A stretch of 64,000 bases of DNA from contig NC_043003.1 of assembly GCF_006345805.1 (NCBI RefSeq), forward strand, positions 64,604,001-64,668,000, in the 5' to 3' direction. Position 1 is the stretch's first letter; each line of letters starts with the position of its first letter. Source of the stretch: Octopus sinensis (taxonomy: Eukaryota). A program made the translations under genes and the position numbers. A model generated the notes under the pieces. It had not been told where the DNA came from and ran no database searches. It saw only the letters and a list, made by a program, of their open reading frames with translations. Of this stretch, positions 26,212 through 38,270 are shown piece by piece.

Positions 26212-27325
26212 GTACGAGGCTGGGCTGGAAAGTTAATAGGTTGACTGTGAAGGAGTGATGCCACAGCTATGAAATCTTTTGTGCATTAATTTCAAAACTT
26301 CTTTTTAATAACTACATTGGTAGTAAACTTTCTAGGTAAACTGGTATCTCATTGTTCAAAGACACTTCAAAAGTAACCAGTAGCGACTTCTCTTGAAAGG
26401 GACAAAACTTGACATCGTGGTCTTACCAAATACATGCCAAAAAAAGCGTTTAGTCCTCAAGCGCATCTAAGTTGACATGGTTGTTACACTAGGGAATGAC
26501 ACTCCAGCTTTATCAACAGTGCAAATGTGGGCAGATGAATTTAGGAAAGGAGGGGAGACTCTTGAAGAGACCCAAGGTTTGGACGTCCTGCAACTACCAC
26601 CACCATTGATGGTGTTCCCCATATGATAATGGATGACAATCGATTGATTATAAATCAGATAGTCAATGCTATTAGCATATCCCATGAGAGAGTTGGGAAT
26701 ATTCTGCACAAGGAACTTGGCATAACGAAGGTTTCTTGCTCGGTGGGGCCACGTCTTTTGATATCCAATCAAGACTGCACAAAACTGATCACATCACAGG
26801 AAAATCTGACCCTTTGAGGCAGGTTTAGTTAGTCTCCTTGAACATTTCCTAACCCCATATGAATGTTGGCTTCAGTACCTTAAACCAGGTATAAAGAGAT
26901 AATCCATACAGTGAAAACAGCTCTCCTCACATGCTCCAAAGAAAGCCTGGATTGTTTCATCTGCAGGGAAGGTGATGGCCACAGATTTTTGGAGATGCAA
27001 AAGGCTTTGCGTTTATTGACTATCTTGAAAAGGGCCACACCATCAATGGAGAATACGATACCAACTTGTTGAAGCAGTTGCGAAAGGCTATCAAGACCAA
27101 ACGCCCTGGAAAACTGACGAAAGGGTTTTGTTTCATCAGGACAATGCTGTAGAATACAAGTTATTGGTTTCAATGGTTGTTGTGTGTGACTGTGGCTTTG
27201 ATCTGGTTGATTACCCTCCCTATTCTCCTTATTTATCCCCGTCTGGCTATCTTCTGTTCTCCAACATGAAAAATATTTGGTTGGGAACCAGTATCACAGT
27301 GATGATGACGTCATGTCTGCTATTG
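26212..27325 (+). mobile_element. Mariner (DD34D-type) transposon remnant with decayed transposase
   Basis: TACGAGG terminus; HTH region; ELGITKVS..VGPRLL (WVPRLL-like); IDYLEKGHTINGEY; FHQDNA; YPPYSPYLSPSGYLLF (YSPDLAPSD-like). Truncated by a SINE A insertion. Confidence 0.9.
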
Positions 27326-27508
27326 GCCAACTTAGCGGTTTGGCAAAAGAGACCGATAGAATAAGTACTACGCTTACAAAGAATGTCCTGGGGTCAATTT
27401 TCTCGACTAAAGCGGTGCTCCAGCATGGGTGCTGTCAAATGACTGAAACAAGTAAAAGAGTAAAAGAGAGAGTAAAAAAAGGCATATATATGTATGTATG
27501 TATGTATG

Positions 27509-27542
<34 letters not shown>

Positions 27543-27596
27543 TGTATGTATGTATGTATGTATGTATGCATGTATGTATGCATGTATGTATGTATG

Positions 27597-27632
<36 letters not shown>

Positions 27633-27903
27633 TGTATGTATGCATGTATGTATGCATGTATGTATGTATGTATATATGTGTGTATGTGTTTGTGTGTCTG
27701 TGTTTATCCTCCCACTATCGCTTGACAGCCGAAGTTGGTGTGTTTACCTCCCCGTAAATTAGCGGTTCGGAAATTAAGACTGATCGAATAAGTACTAGGC
27801 TTACAAAAAAATAAGACCTGGGGTCGATCTGTTCCATTAAAAGGCGGTGCTCCAGTATGGCCGCAGTCAAATGACTGAAACAAGTAAGAGAATAAAAGAA
27901 TAA
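27326..27903 (+). mobile_element. Two SINE family A 3' halves separated by (TATG)n
   Basis: TTAGCGGTT..GGCAAAAGAGACC...ACTGAAACAAGTAA at 27331-27460 and 27760-27900. Confidence 0.85.
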
Positions 27904-27943
27904 ATTATTTTATTCTCTAACTTATATACATACATACACACAT

Positions 27944-27976
<33 letters not shown>

Positions 27977-28654
27977 CACGCATACTTACCAACCCATCCA
28001 CCCATCCACCCCATACGAATCATTGAGGTGAAACGTAATAAGCTCCTTCTACAATATAAACATAATGTTTCTTAATCCTTGGCAACCTACAATTTCATTC
28101 ATCATATATTGTCCTTCCATTTATATACACTTATATATATATATATGTGTGTGTGTGTGTATGTGTGTGTGTGTACAGGAAATACTTAAATACAAAATGA
28201 ATGAAATTGTAAGCTGCCACGGATTAAAATACAGGTATAGTAGGAGCTTCTTACGTTACCCCACTCTGATTCATGAATAGAAATGCGAATGACAGGAATA
28301 CAAAAGAAAAGATAAGAGTTACGAACTGAAAAGCTGTGTGAAAAATAACAATTCATGGACTCCATTAGTAATGTAAATTGTATTTTAATTTCGATTAGAA
28401 GAGAAAATTAATAGGGAAATAGAAAACGGAGTGAACCTAGATATGGTTGTTAATTTGATTATACGCGCAATGAAGAGGAAAATATCTTGATAAATTTTAA
28501 TTAAAAAATAAGTCATGCCTATTTGAATCAAGACTCTTGATTCAAATAGGCATGCTTCGAGAAGTAATACAATCGTCCTAAAATGATAACTAAGAGAAAA
28601 CCTATGCACTCGTAACGTCTTTTTTAGTTTTCATATCAGCAGTTGTCAAGCAGC

Positions 28655-28812
28655 AGTGGCTGTGTGGTAAGAAACTTGCTTCCCAGCTACATGGCTCCAG
28701 GTTCAGTCCGATTACGTACGTGGCACCTTGGGCAAGTATCCTCTACTATAGCTTCGGGCCGACAAAAGCTTTGTGAGTGGGTTTGGTAGACGGAAACTGA
28801 AAGAAGCCCGTT
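28655..28812 (+). mobile_element. SINE family A, 5' half
   Basis: AGTGGCTGTGTGGTAAG...GGTTCAGTCC...GAAACTGAAAGAAGCCCG. Confidence 0.88.
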
Positions 28813-29155
28813 ATATATATATTACGATCATCTATTTATGAATGTTTGAGTCTTTGTATGAAACAAATTGTATAGCAACATGAAAAAAAACAAAAAATAA
28901 AACTATAATCCATTTTAACATCAAATCTTTTACATCACATAAATATGAATGAATTTGTTGAACTGCGTTTAATTAGTTAAATCATACACTGATTATTTCT
29001 ATACAAGTTTTCATATCTACACTAATTTACACTAGTAAAGTCAAAAAGAAAAGAATGAAGAAAAGACATCAGAAATCTTTGGAAATAATTGTAATTAAAG
29101 AACGAACTAACATTCATCCGTTAAAAAATATATATGAAAATATATATCATATATG

Positions 29156-29189
<34 letters not shown>

Positions 29190-29213
29190 TGTGTGACAAT
29201 TATTCGGTAGCCA

Positions 29214-29276
29214 AGATAAAACTCTGAGTTTCGGATGCCGAGGTGGAAATCCACACCACCATCTCTTCGGTTATCT
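29214..29276 (-). ncRNA. Hammerhead ribozyme-like motif, family F (core CCGAAGA)
   Basis: AGAUAA-CCGAAGA-GAUG-(GUGG/CCAC hairpin)-CAUC-C-GAAA-CUC-A-GAG-UU-UUAUCU; all stems intact. Confidence 0.65.
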
Positions 29277-29348
29277 GGCCATCTTATTCTTTAACCTATA
29301 TACATACATACATACATACATACATACATACACACGCGCGCGCGCGCA

Positions 29349-29407
<59 letters not shown>

Positions 29408-29418
29408 CACAGATTGCC

Positions 29419-29481
29419 AGATAACTGAAGAGATGGTGGTGTGGATTTCCACCTCGGCATCCGAAACACAGAGTTTTATCT
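29419..29481 (+). ncRNA. Hammerhead ribozyme-like motif, family F (canonical core CUGAAGA)
   Basis: AGAUAA-CUGAAGA-GAUG...CAUC-C-GAAA-CAC-A-GAG-UU-UUAUCU; one A.A mismatch in helix III; cut would be after 29475. Confidence 0.65.
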
Positions 29482-29577
29482 TGGCTACCAAATAATTGTC
29501 ACATATTATTTTACAGATAAATTTCCTCTATTTACATAATATTGATTTCTCTTTCTTTTGTTATCTAACCTTTTTTA

Positions 29578-29611
<34 letters not shown>

Positions 29612-29614
<3 letters not shown>

Positions 29615-30066
29615 GAAGGGTGTTCATTAAAGATTTCCTCTGACCGCCAAAATGGCGACCTCCACTTTATGGATGGTGTCGTCATCAATGGCGGAATGTG
29701 GTCGTCCAGGAATAGGAACAAGTTACCACCGATGTCCGACCACATTTGAACTGGCGATGCCAGTGCTTGCTTGACCACGTTTGTATGTTGGTGCATCGTC
29801 ACCGTAAACTTCTTTCATCTCATCGAAAGTCTCTTTTGGTGTACGACCTTTCAAGTATAAGTACCTGATCACTGATCTGCATTCGACTGCCGCCATTATA
29901 GCACCTTAGTCCATTTCAGCAGCCATAAAAGACAAACGAATACTAGTGGAGGGCTGCAATTTACAATGTGACATGTAGAGGCATGCATGATTATATCTGT
30001 ACAAGTACTGTTTCCTGCAATAACCAGAAGTGGATCAGGGGAATAGTTTAATGAACACCCCTCGTG
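29612..30066 (-). mobile_element. Internally deleted mariner with both TIRs
   Basis: TIRs TACGAAGGGTGTTCATTAAA / TTTAATGAACACCCCTCG. Minus strand encodes MAAVECRSVIRYLYLKGRTPKETFDEMKEVYGDDAP...WHRQFKCGRTS (transposase HTH). Confidence 0.88.
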
Positions 30067-30107
30067 TATGGGTGTGTGGGTATATATATATATATATATA
30101 TATATAT

Positions 30108-30633
30108 ACTTTTATTCTTTCACTTGTTTCCGTCATTTGATTGCGGCCATGCTGGAGTACTGCCTTTTAGTCGAAGAAATCGAACCCAGGACTTACTCTG
30201 TGTAAGTCAAATGACTGAAAGGTGTAAATGAGTAATATATGTATGTATTCTTTTACTGGTTTCAGTCATTTTGACTGTGGCAATGCTGGAGCACCACCTT
30301 TTTAGTTGAACAAATCGACCCCAGGACTTATTCTTTGTAAACCAAATATTTATTCTATCGGTCGCTTTTGCCGAAGCACTAAGTTACGGGGACGTAAACA
30401 CACCGACATCGGTTGTCAAGCGATGGTGGTGGGGGGACAACCACACAAATACACACGCACACACACATATATATATATATACACGACGGGCTTCGTTTAG
30501 TTTCCGTCTACCAAATCCACTTACAAGGCTTTGGTTGGCTCGCGGCTAGAGTAGAAGACGTACCACGGAGTAGGACTGAACCCGGTGCCATGAGGTTGGA
30601 AAGCAAGCAAGCTTCTTACCTCAGAGCCACTCC
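30108..30633 (-). mobile_element. SINE family A copies (one fragment plus one bipartite)
   Basis: Homology to 3990-4398. Confidence 0.85.
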
Positions 30634-30741
30634 TGTATGTATAGAAAATACAGATACGGGGAGAGAAGAAAAGAGTAAGGTTGAGAGGGGAGAGAGAGGG
30701 GGAGGGAGAGAGAAGGAAAGAGAGAGAGGAAGAGGGAGAGG

Positions 30742-30774
<33 letters not shown>

Positions 30775-31462
30775 AACGAGCGTAAGAGCTACTTTTAGCA
30801 AGAGAGATGGCTATCAATGTGCATAGTTATGTACCAGATGCTATCGTATCAACTAGTGTAAAGTTATCTGAGAAATATCTAAATATTAAATTACTTCCGC
30901 CCTGCTATTGATCTTTCCAACTAAACGCCGCCTATGCCTTAACAGCCAGCATCCTGTAAGGGTTACAAACGTTTAGAACTAGACTAAACCAAGCGTTTAG
31001 GTGTCAGCTGAACAAAAAAAATAAGCTTTTATAAAAGAAATCTTACCGACTACCTACTGGTTACATGGCTGACGAAAGTGTTCTCGTTGACCAGCGAACG
31101 TCCTTGGTGGAAAGTTGTTCATAATCAGAGGCTTTTAAAATGGCTTATGATATTTACTCTTTTTGTGTACTTAAATAGGTACATACATACATACACTCAC
31201 ATTTACATGTATATGTATACATGCACAAATGTATGTATATGTAAACATATTCTTGCTCACTAAGTCGTGTGTGTGTGTATGTATATTATATATATATTTG
31301 TTCGACTAAAACTGGTGCTCGAGCATGGCCGCAGTCAAAATGACTGAAACAAATAAAAGGAGGGAAGAATATATATATAACCGCTATGTTAGGAGACGTA
31401 AACACATCGGCAGCGGTTGTCAAGCGATGGCAGGGGTACACACACATACATACACATATATA

Positions 31463-31497
<35 letters not shown>

Positions 31498-31668
31498 CAT
31501 AATGGACTAAAGCCATCTGAATATGGCTAGGGACAGGGCAGGGTGTGGGGGGTGTTACTGTTGCATTTAGCCCCGGCGAACATCAACGTCGCCAGATAGG
31601 CTTGACACCATCACGGCGGCGTCCTCTATCCTGCAAAGGGAGATAATTCCGCGATGAAGCGGAAACCA

Positions 31669-31712
31669 CACACGGACCTAGGTTTCAAGTGTTTGCCTAT
31701 TATCAACGTATG
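31669..31712 (-). ncRNA. Minimal hammerhead ribozyme with U3-A8 variant core (family J)
   Basis: Minus strand CAUACG-UUGAUAA-U-AGG-CAAACA-CUU-GAAA-CCUAG-GUC-CGUGUG: 6-bp stem I (one G.U), perfectly palindromic helix III ACCUAGGU, GUC site. Confidence 0.75.
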
Positions 31713-31855
31713 GTAGGCACCGCTTCTCGACGAACAACTCACTCTGCAGGATATTTATATATAGATTTTCAAGCAAAATACATTTGCTGATTTCGAAAAT
31801 CTGTTCGACAGCAATATAATTCTCTAAATGAGATATAGACAGTAACTGCTCCATA
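31678..31855 (-). pseudogene. Putative GIY-YIG endonuclease C-terminal remnant of a Penelope-like element
   Basis: ORF 31678-31875 tail CILLENLYINILQSELFVEKRCLPY matches the LE.LYI...P.L(N/C).QK pattern of PLE endonuclease tails, judged by eye. Confidence 0.45.
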
Positions 31856-32121
31856 ACATAAGGGACTAAAGCCATCTGAATATGGCTAGGGACAGGGCAG
31901 GGTGGTGGGGGGTGTTACTGTTGCATTTAGCCCCAGGCGAACATCAACGTCGCTAGATAGGCTTGACACCATCACGGCGTCCTCTATCCTGCAAAGGGAG
32001 ATAATTCCCCGATGAAGCGGAAACCACACACGGGCCCTGTCCCTAGCCATATTCAGATGGCTTTAGTCCCTTATGTTATGGAGCAGTTACTGTCTATATC
32101 TCATTTAGAGAATTATTATTG

Positions 32122-32152
<31 letters not shown>

Positions 32153-32153
<1 letters not shown>

Positions 32154-32308
32154 GACGGGCGTCTTTCAGTTTCCGTCTACCAAATCGACTCATAAGGCTT
32201 TGGTCGTCCCGAGGCTATAGTAGAAGACACTTACCCAAAGTGCCACGCAGTGGGACGGAACCCGGAACCATGTGGTTGGCAAGCAAGCTACTTTCCACAC
32301 AGCCACTC
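32153..32308 (-). mobile_element. SINE family A, 5' half
   Basis: TTTCAGTTTCCGTCTACCAAATC...CCACACAGCCACTC. Confidence 0.88.
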
Positions 32309-32310
32309 TA

Positions 32311-32370
<60 letters not shown>

Positions 32371-33061
32371 CCATACATATGCACGTACACATATATATGC
32401 AAAGACATGTGTGTGTGTGTGTGTGTGTGTGTGAGTATGTGTGTGTATGCGCAGATGTGGATGTATAACACACAGACTTACACATATGGGTGAATTGTTA
32501 GAAACGTTTACAGCGTTCGGCAAATTGCTTTTCTACTCCACCATTTAGGAGTATTCTGGGCCTTTGCGTTCTGAGTTCGAATCCTGTTGACATCAATTTT
32601 GCCTGTTATCGTTTCAGTGTAGATAAAGTAAAAGAACCAGTCCGGAGCTGTCGGTGGGCGGGACATCGAGCTTTGGACAAATTACTTTGCAGTAACTGTT
32701 TCGGTTTTCCACTTCGTGAGTTCATAAGAGAGGTTTAGGGAACGTGTCTGTTTGTCGTTGATAACTTAGTATAGAGGGAAAAGAAGTGTAGCAGAAGAGT
32801 GTACAGCAATTCCTTGACTATCGTCAAGTGTACAGCAATTCCTTGACTGTTACGTTCCAAACTCCCTCACCCCCCGCGATAGGTAAAAATCCGCGAAGTA
32901 GAAACAGTACTGTACTGGATAATTTTATTATTTTTTATAATTTGTATATATTTATTTTATCATAAACGCAAAACACTACGGAGGAATCGACGTAAGCTTA
33001 AATAATACATCGCGTTATGGCGAGAGATTAGTACAATACTCACCAGATCTTTTCTTTCCAT

Positions 33062-33240
33062 TGAGTCACATAATCCAGTGGCTTGCCAAACTAGTTGCAT
33101 GTATTGGTCGGTTAGTAACTGTCCAATCGCGTGTTTGCAACAGTTTGTTTTCAACGCGGGAAAGACCACTTTGTCTCTGGAGCCTACCCAAGGTTATAAA
33201 AACCCTTGTCTTCTGCCTCGCTTGGTCTTTGGCAGCAGCC
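33062..33240 (+). promoter_or_regulatory. Candidate Pol II promoter or LTR-like segment
   Basis: TGAGTCA 33062-33068, ATTGG 33103-33107, CCAAT 33123-33127 and TATAAAA 33195-33201 in a repeat-free, CpG-richer tract. Motif co-occurrence only. Confidence 0.3.
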
Positions 33241-33620
33241 ATTGACCACACACCACGTCTCTTTGGACCAGCGTCGATGAACCAGAAATCCAGTCTGTCC
33301 CACAGCTTTCTTCAACCAGCCTTCGGTCGTCATCGTTACCACAACAGACAGCAGACCACAGCCACATCAACAGGCCGAGCAGAACTGAAATCATTTAAGT
33401 CCTTGTTCCTGACTGTAATATAGCCATCATTCTCTTTTGACAATCTTATATTTATAACGAGGGCAATAAGTCGTCGCTTATTCAACTTATCCAAGCCTTA
33501 TCGTTTACCACTTTTTTCTTCGTTATAGATGCATACAAAGCCAAGAGGAAACCACTTTTCAAAATTCTCTAAAATGAATAGGGCACTTGTTAAGGAAGTC
33601 AGCAAATAAGAAGATATACC

Positions 33621-33687
<67 letters not shown>

Positions 33688-34384
33688 GTATGTGCGTGCG
33701 TGTATATATAGACTATTGGAAGTTACGCGCTTCCTCGCATTGTTGTCGCTTTCGAATGATGCCACTCCACTGGTTTGGCAGGCAGGCCAATTTATATATA
33801 TATCTGCATGCGCATGCGCGTGATCCCAAGTACAAAGTACGAGTACATATATATCGGAGGCGACATATTTCATCTAAGCATGGTTGTGAGTATAGGTTAT
33901 TGATAAGCACAACTAGGCAAAAATGCACAACTAGCGTTCTCAATAGCCACTGCTGTGTCGAGTTTCATCTCTGATATATATATATATATATTGTGTTTTT
34001 AACCACAGCCCCTACATAAAAGATGTTATGCTTGGGTGAATAAATTGCATTTCAACGATGTATTTACATGAAGTATGGTACATAGATGGCTGGCTATTTT
34101 ATTTTAAGACTGCTTCAATTGCATATAACGATAGGCGGATAATTTCAACTGAAGTATGGTGACAATAGGTATCTCTGAGTGACTTTGTTATTGTTGTTGA
34201 CGATGTTCAACCCTAAGTTAGCTCTAGCTGAGGAGAACTGAGATCAAAACCATTCGACTCATGACTATGCCGACATTTTCTTATATTCGCAAGAAGCACA
34301 GGAATTGTTACAAAATCCAATAAGACTAAAAATCTGGGTCGGAATCAGCGAACCAGTTAAGAGGATAGAGTATGATTTGAGAGA

Positions 34385-35035
34385 TTGGCAGAACCATTAG
34401 CGCGCCGGGCGAAATACTTAGCGATATTTTGTCGTACTGGGGTCGATGTAAGCGACTGGCCCCCTCCCCAAATATTTCGGGCCTTGTGCTTAGATTAGAA
34501 AAGATGGTAGAGTATTATTTGAAGATTGGTAGAACCGGTAGCGCTCCGGGCGAAATGCTTAGCGGTATTGCGTCTGCCGAAGTCGACTTTGCCTTTCATC
34601 CTTTCAGGGTCGATTAAATAAGTACCAGTAACTCACTGGAGTCGATATAATCGACTTAATCAGTTTGTCTGTCTTTGTTTGTCCCTTCTGTGTTTAGCCC
34701 TTGTGGTGGGTAGTAAAGAAATATGTATTTCGTCTGTATTTCATCCTTTCGGGGTCGATAAATTAAGTACCAGTTACGCACTGGGGTCGATATAATCAAC
34801 TTAATCCGTTTGTCTGCCCTTGTTCGTCCTCTCTGTGTTTAGCCCCTTGTGTGTAGTAAAGAAATGGGTATTTCGTCTGTCTTTATGTTCTGAGTTCAAA
34901 TTCCATCGAGGTGGACTTTGCCTTTTATCCTTTCGGAATCGATAAATTAAGTACCAGTTGCATACTGGGGTCGATCTAATCGATAGCCCCCCCCCCTCAC
35001 TCCCACCAAATTTTAGGCCTTGTGACTAGAGTAGA
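34385..35035 (+). mobile_element. Cluster of about four SINE family B copies/fragments
   Basis: Repeated TTTCATCCTTTCGGGGTCGAT cores at ~34593, 34739, 34922. Confidence 0.88.
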
Positions 35036-36039
35036 AAGGTTTTGAGAGATTTCCCGTTTACAGCAGACCGAACGACATGGTAAAGGTTAGTTGACTTAGT
35101 TGTTACGAGCAGTTGTTATGAATGGTTGATGAAAATTACGATAAAAGTCACGCGAAATATTAAAAAGCATTTTTTAAATCACTCGAGATCGGCATGTGAC
35201 TTTTGTTTTATACATTTCATGTTTTCACTAACCACAATCAGTGGATGTCAACATATTTTACTAACATTTTATTCCCTTCAGATTTTGTCACTTCTCTTTT
35301 CACATCTCACTCTCTTTCTCTCCCTATCACTCTTCTTCTCTCTCTCTCTCTCGTTTTTACTTTCTCTCGCTTTCTTTATCTCTCTTTGTCCTGCTTAACT
35401 TCATAACACAGCGTATATTTTAAATACTAAATGAAAAGTATAGTTATAGAAAATTTCGCCGAGAATATTTTTGCCTAAGGAAACCTCACCGTAAGAAACT
35501 GCATTTTAACTGACCCCATCACATTTTTTTCATGTTTGACGTTGAATAAAGACTTGCCTGTTTAATACTTTTATAAAGCCTTTTAACATTCTATTTTTAT
35601 TTCATTAAAAAAAAAGATACACTTCATCATTTCTTACGGCAAATATTCCGGACACAGTAAAGTGTCTTTTTTTGTCTTTTTCTTTTATATAATTTTGTCC
35701 CCAACAAGATTTGCGGCCATTTAGCATGAGAGACCGCAAAGAAAGACAAGAAAGGGACCACAAATTCAAAAGATATTGATTGACTGGAAGTTCAAAGGAT
35801 AGAATATCACAGATAAGCTGAAAACAAGATGATTGCAAAGAGTTTTAGAGAGCAGCAGTTGGAGAAAAGAAAATAAGACGATGTTTAGAAGAGAAATGGC
35901 CAAATAGATAAGGCAATTAGACTATTGGCTCATAAATTTTGAATAGACAGGGAGGTTGTACAGTAAAAATAAGCTTTATGATAGCCAGATATTTGACAGG
36001 ATAGGGTCTTCTAGTAAGCACTTAACAAATTAACTTATT

Positions 36040-36325
36040 GGTACTCCGTCGGTTACGACTATGAGCGTTCCATTTGATCCGATCAACGAGATAGCCTGAT
36101 CGTGAAATTAACTCCGCAAACACGCGTACCCTTAACATAACTCTCAGGGAGAGTCAACGTGACACAGAATGTGACATGGTTGGTTCTTTTACATTAGAGG
36201 TAGAACTCATTTTTGCCAGCTGAGGGAACTGGAAATGAAGTGTCTTGCTCAAGGACACAATGGTCCGCCGGGAACTGAACTCACGGCCTTACAACCGTGA
36301 GTCGAATACCCTAATTACTAAGCAG
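36040..36325 (-). mobile_element. tRNA-derived SINE family D
   Basis: Shares ACTCCGTCGGTTACGAC...GATCCGATCAAC...GTACCCTTAAC with 48053-48428 and 52030-52372. Confidence 0.8.
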
Positions 36326-36684
36326 TCTTCACTTAGCACTTAATCACTTCAAAAATGGTACCAAGAAAAATTAGAGAGCCACTCTTTCCTCCTAAGCTTT
36401 CTTCTAACGTTTTCAGATTAAATTTCCAAGAACACTTATTCAATTATCCAACTACCTAATGCGATCTCTAATTAAGCGGTTAATTGGCTGAACATTTGTA
36501 ATCAGAGGTTAAATATTCTTCGCTGGCACACAACCCCAATAGAATGTAAATTTGTTTTTTGTGGGTTAACGTTTGAATACACGATTATGGTGATTAAAAC
36601 GTTTGTAAATTATCGTTTTTCTGGTTTGTATGAGGTTAAAGTAGAAAATGTACACAATCAAATGCTTCAGGGTTGTTTAAATAT

Positions 36685-36874
36685 GGAATAAAGATTGTTT
36701 GCCAACATAACATGGCAGTCCTGGTTTAGGACAAATGTTACTATAATTTAGCCCCAGGAGACATCGTCTCCAGCTGGCTATACGACACGATCTGTGTCCT
36801 TATATTTCGTCCTAAACCATACATTCGTCCTAAACCGGGACTGCCATGTTATGTTGGCAAACAATCTTTACTCC
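36685..36874. mobile_element. MITE/foldback with ~50-bp inverted arms
   Basis: TAAAGATTGTTTGCCAACATAACATGGCAGTCC(T)GGTTTAGGAC.AATG vs its complement at 36822-36870. Confidence 0.85.
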
Positions 36875-36974
36875 AAAGAACTATTGCTGAATGTCTCACT
36901 TGGTGAGATTTACATATAGTAATTTTCTCATTTTTTTGTTGTTGTTTAAATATGATGCAGATTTTTAGAATTAT

Positions 36975-37330
36975 AGCAAAGGCAGTGAGCTGATAGAAAG
37001 GTTAACAGGCCGGACAAAATGCTTAGTGGTATTTCGTCCGTCTTTAGGTTCTGAGTTCAAATTCCGCCGACGTCGCCTTCTCCTTTCATTATTTCGGGGT
37101 CGATGAAATAAATACCAGTTGAACACTGGGGTAGATGTAATCGACTTTCCCCTACCCCGAAGTTGCTGGCCATGTATCAAAATTTGAAAGGCGGTGAGCT
37201 GGCTGAATTGTTAGCACACCGAACGAAATGTTTAGCGGCATCTCATCTGTCCTAATGTTCTGAGTTCAAATTCCGCCGGCAAAGTTGAGCTCGGTGGAAA
37301 TTGAACTCAGAGCATAAATAGTTGAAACAA
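36975..37330. mobile_element. SINE family B copies
   Basis: GGCAGTGAGCTGATAGAA...GAGTTCAAATTCCGCCG heads at ~36981 and ~37190. Confidence 0.8.
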
Positions 37331-37611
37331 ATGCCACCAAACATTTGCTTTGATACTCTCACTATTCTGACGATCCTTAGATCCATTGCAATCCGATAAG
37401 CTTGCGGTGAACAAATTATTGTTCTATTGTATTTATGACAGTGAAAATGACCAGGGAATGTCTAACTTTATGGAAAGGACATCGTTCTTTACGGCTAGGT
37501 TTGAAGAACCTCGGTCATTCGCCAATGTTATCAAACTTTGTCGATTCGTCGATATGCATTAAAGAAAGCTACACAGACACACACACACACACACACACAC
37601 GCGCACGCACA

Positions 37612-37649
<38 letters not shown>

Positions 37650-38270
37650 ATATATACATGCATTCTCTCTCTCGCTCACACAAAATTGCACCCTCACACA
37701 CACATATACATGCATTCATATATAGGACAGCTTCCGTCTATCAGATATGCCTCACAAAATTAAATAGCAGAAGACATTTGTCCAAGGTACTACGCAGAGG
37801 GCTTGAACTTGAAATCTTGAGGCTTCTAAGGTGAATTTCAAAGGCACACAGTTTTTTTTTATGATTGTAGCGTTCAGTACGTTAACACTAACTTAACAAT
37901 AGAAATCATTATTATTTGTAACAGTTAAATTACAGCAAAATAAGGTTAATGAAGACATGATAGCTTTTATCTTTCCTCGTTAGATACTGATAGTTTCAGG
38001 CAATAAATAAGTAAGTAAGTAAATAAATAAATAAATAAATGAATAAATAAATGAATAAATAAATAAATAAATAGAAAATAATTATTAACGACAGAAGCAG
38101 TATTAATGTCAAAAGGCAGTCTTTATATCCAATATAACTATTGATATTTACTTAGAACGTAGAATACTGCGGTATTCGACTTGAGAGGGCCACTCACATG
38201 AACGCATGGTGCATAAAAGCACACATATTTATGTCGTTAGTAGTTGAAAATTGTTTGCTATGGGCATCGA

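Larger units (their letters stand above)
29187..29582 (+). mobile_element. Foldback element family F, copy 2
   Basis: Inverted arms ~29187-29282 and ~29410-29503 around ~130 bp of microsatellite; the right arm extends to a (TA)n tail as in copy 1. Confidence 0.75.
31500..32115 (-). mobile_element. Truncated Penelope-like element (family J): direct terminal repeat, inverted 5' arm, endonuclease tail and hammerhead
   Basis: Direct repeat 31500-31675 vs 31860-32033; 82-bp inverted duplication 31819-31900 vs 32033-32115; minus ORF remnant ..ILLENLYINILQSELFVEKR.. resembling a PLE GIY-YIG C-terminus; hammerhead at the ORF end; (TA)n flanks. Confidence 0.7.

Noticed and set aside
31990-32045. CCGAUGA-AGCG-GAAAC as a hammerhead on the plus strand
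   Set aside because: No stem II or stem I pairing; the credible motif in this element is on the minus strand at 31669-31712.
33061-33423. 120-aa ORF downstream of promoter-like motifs
   Set aside because: Weak start, no recognisable domain and no donor site.
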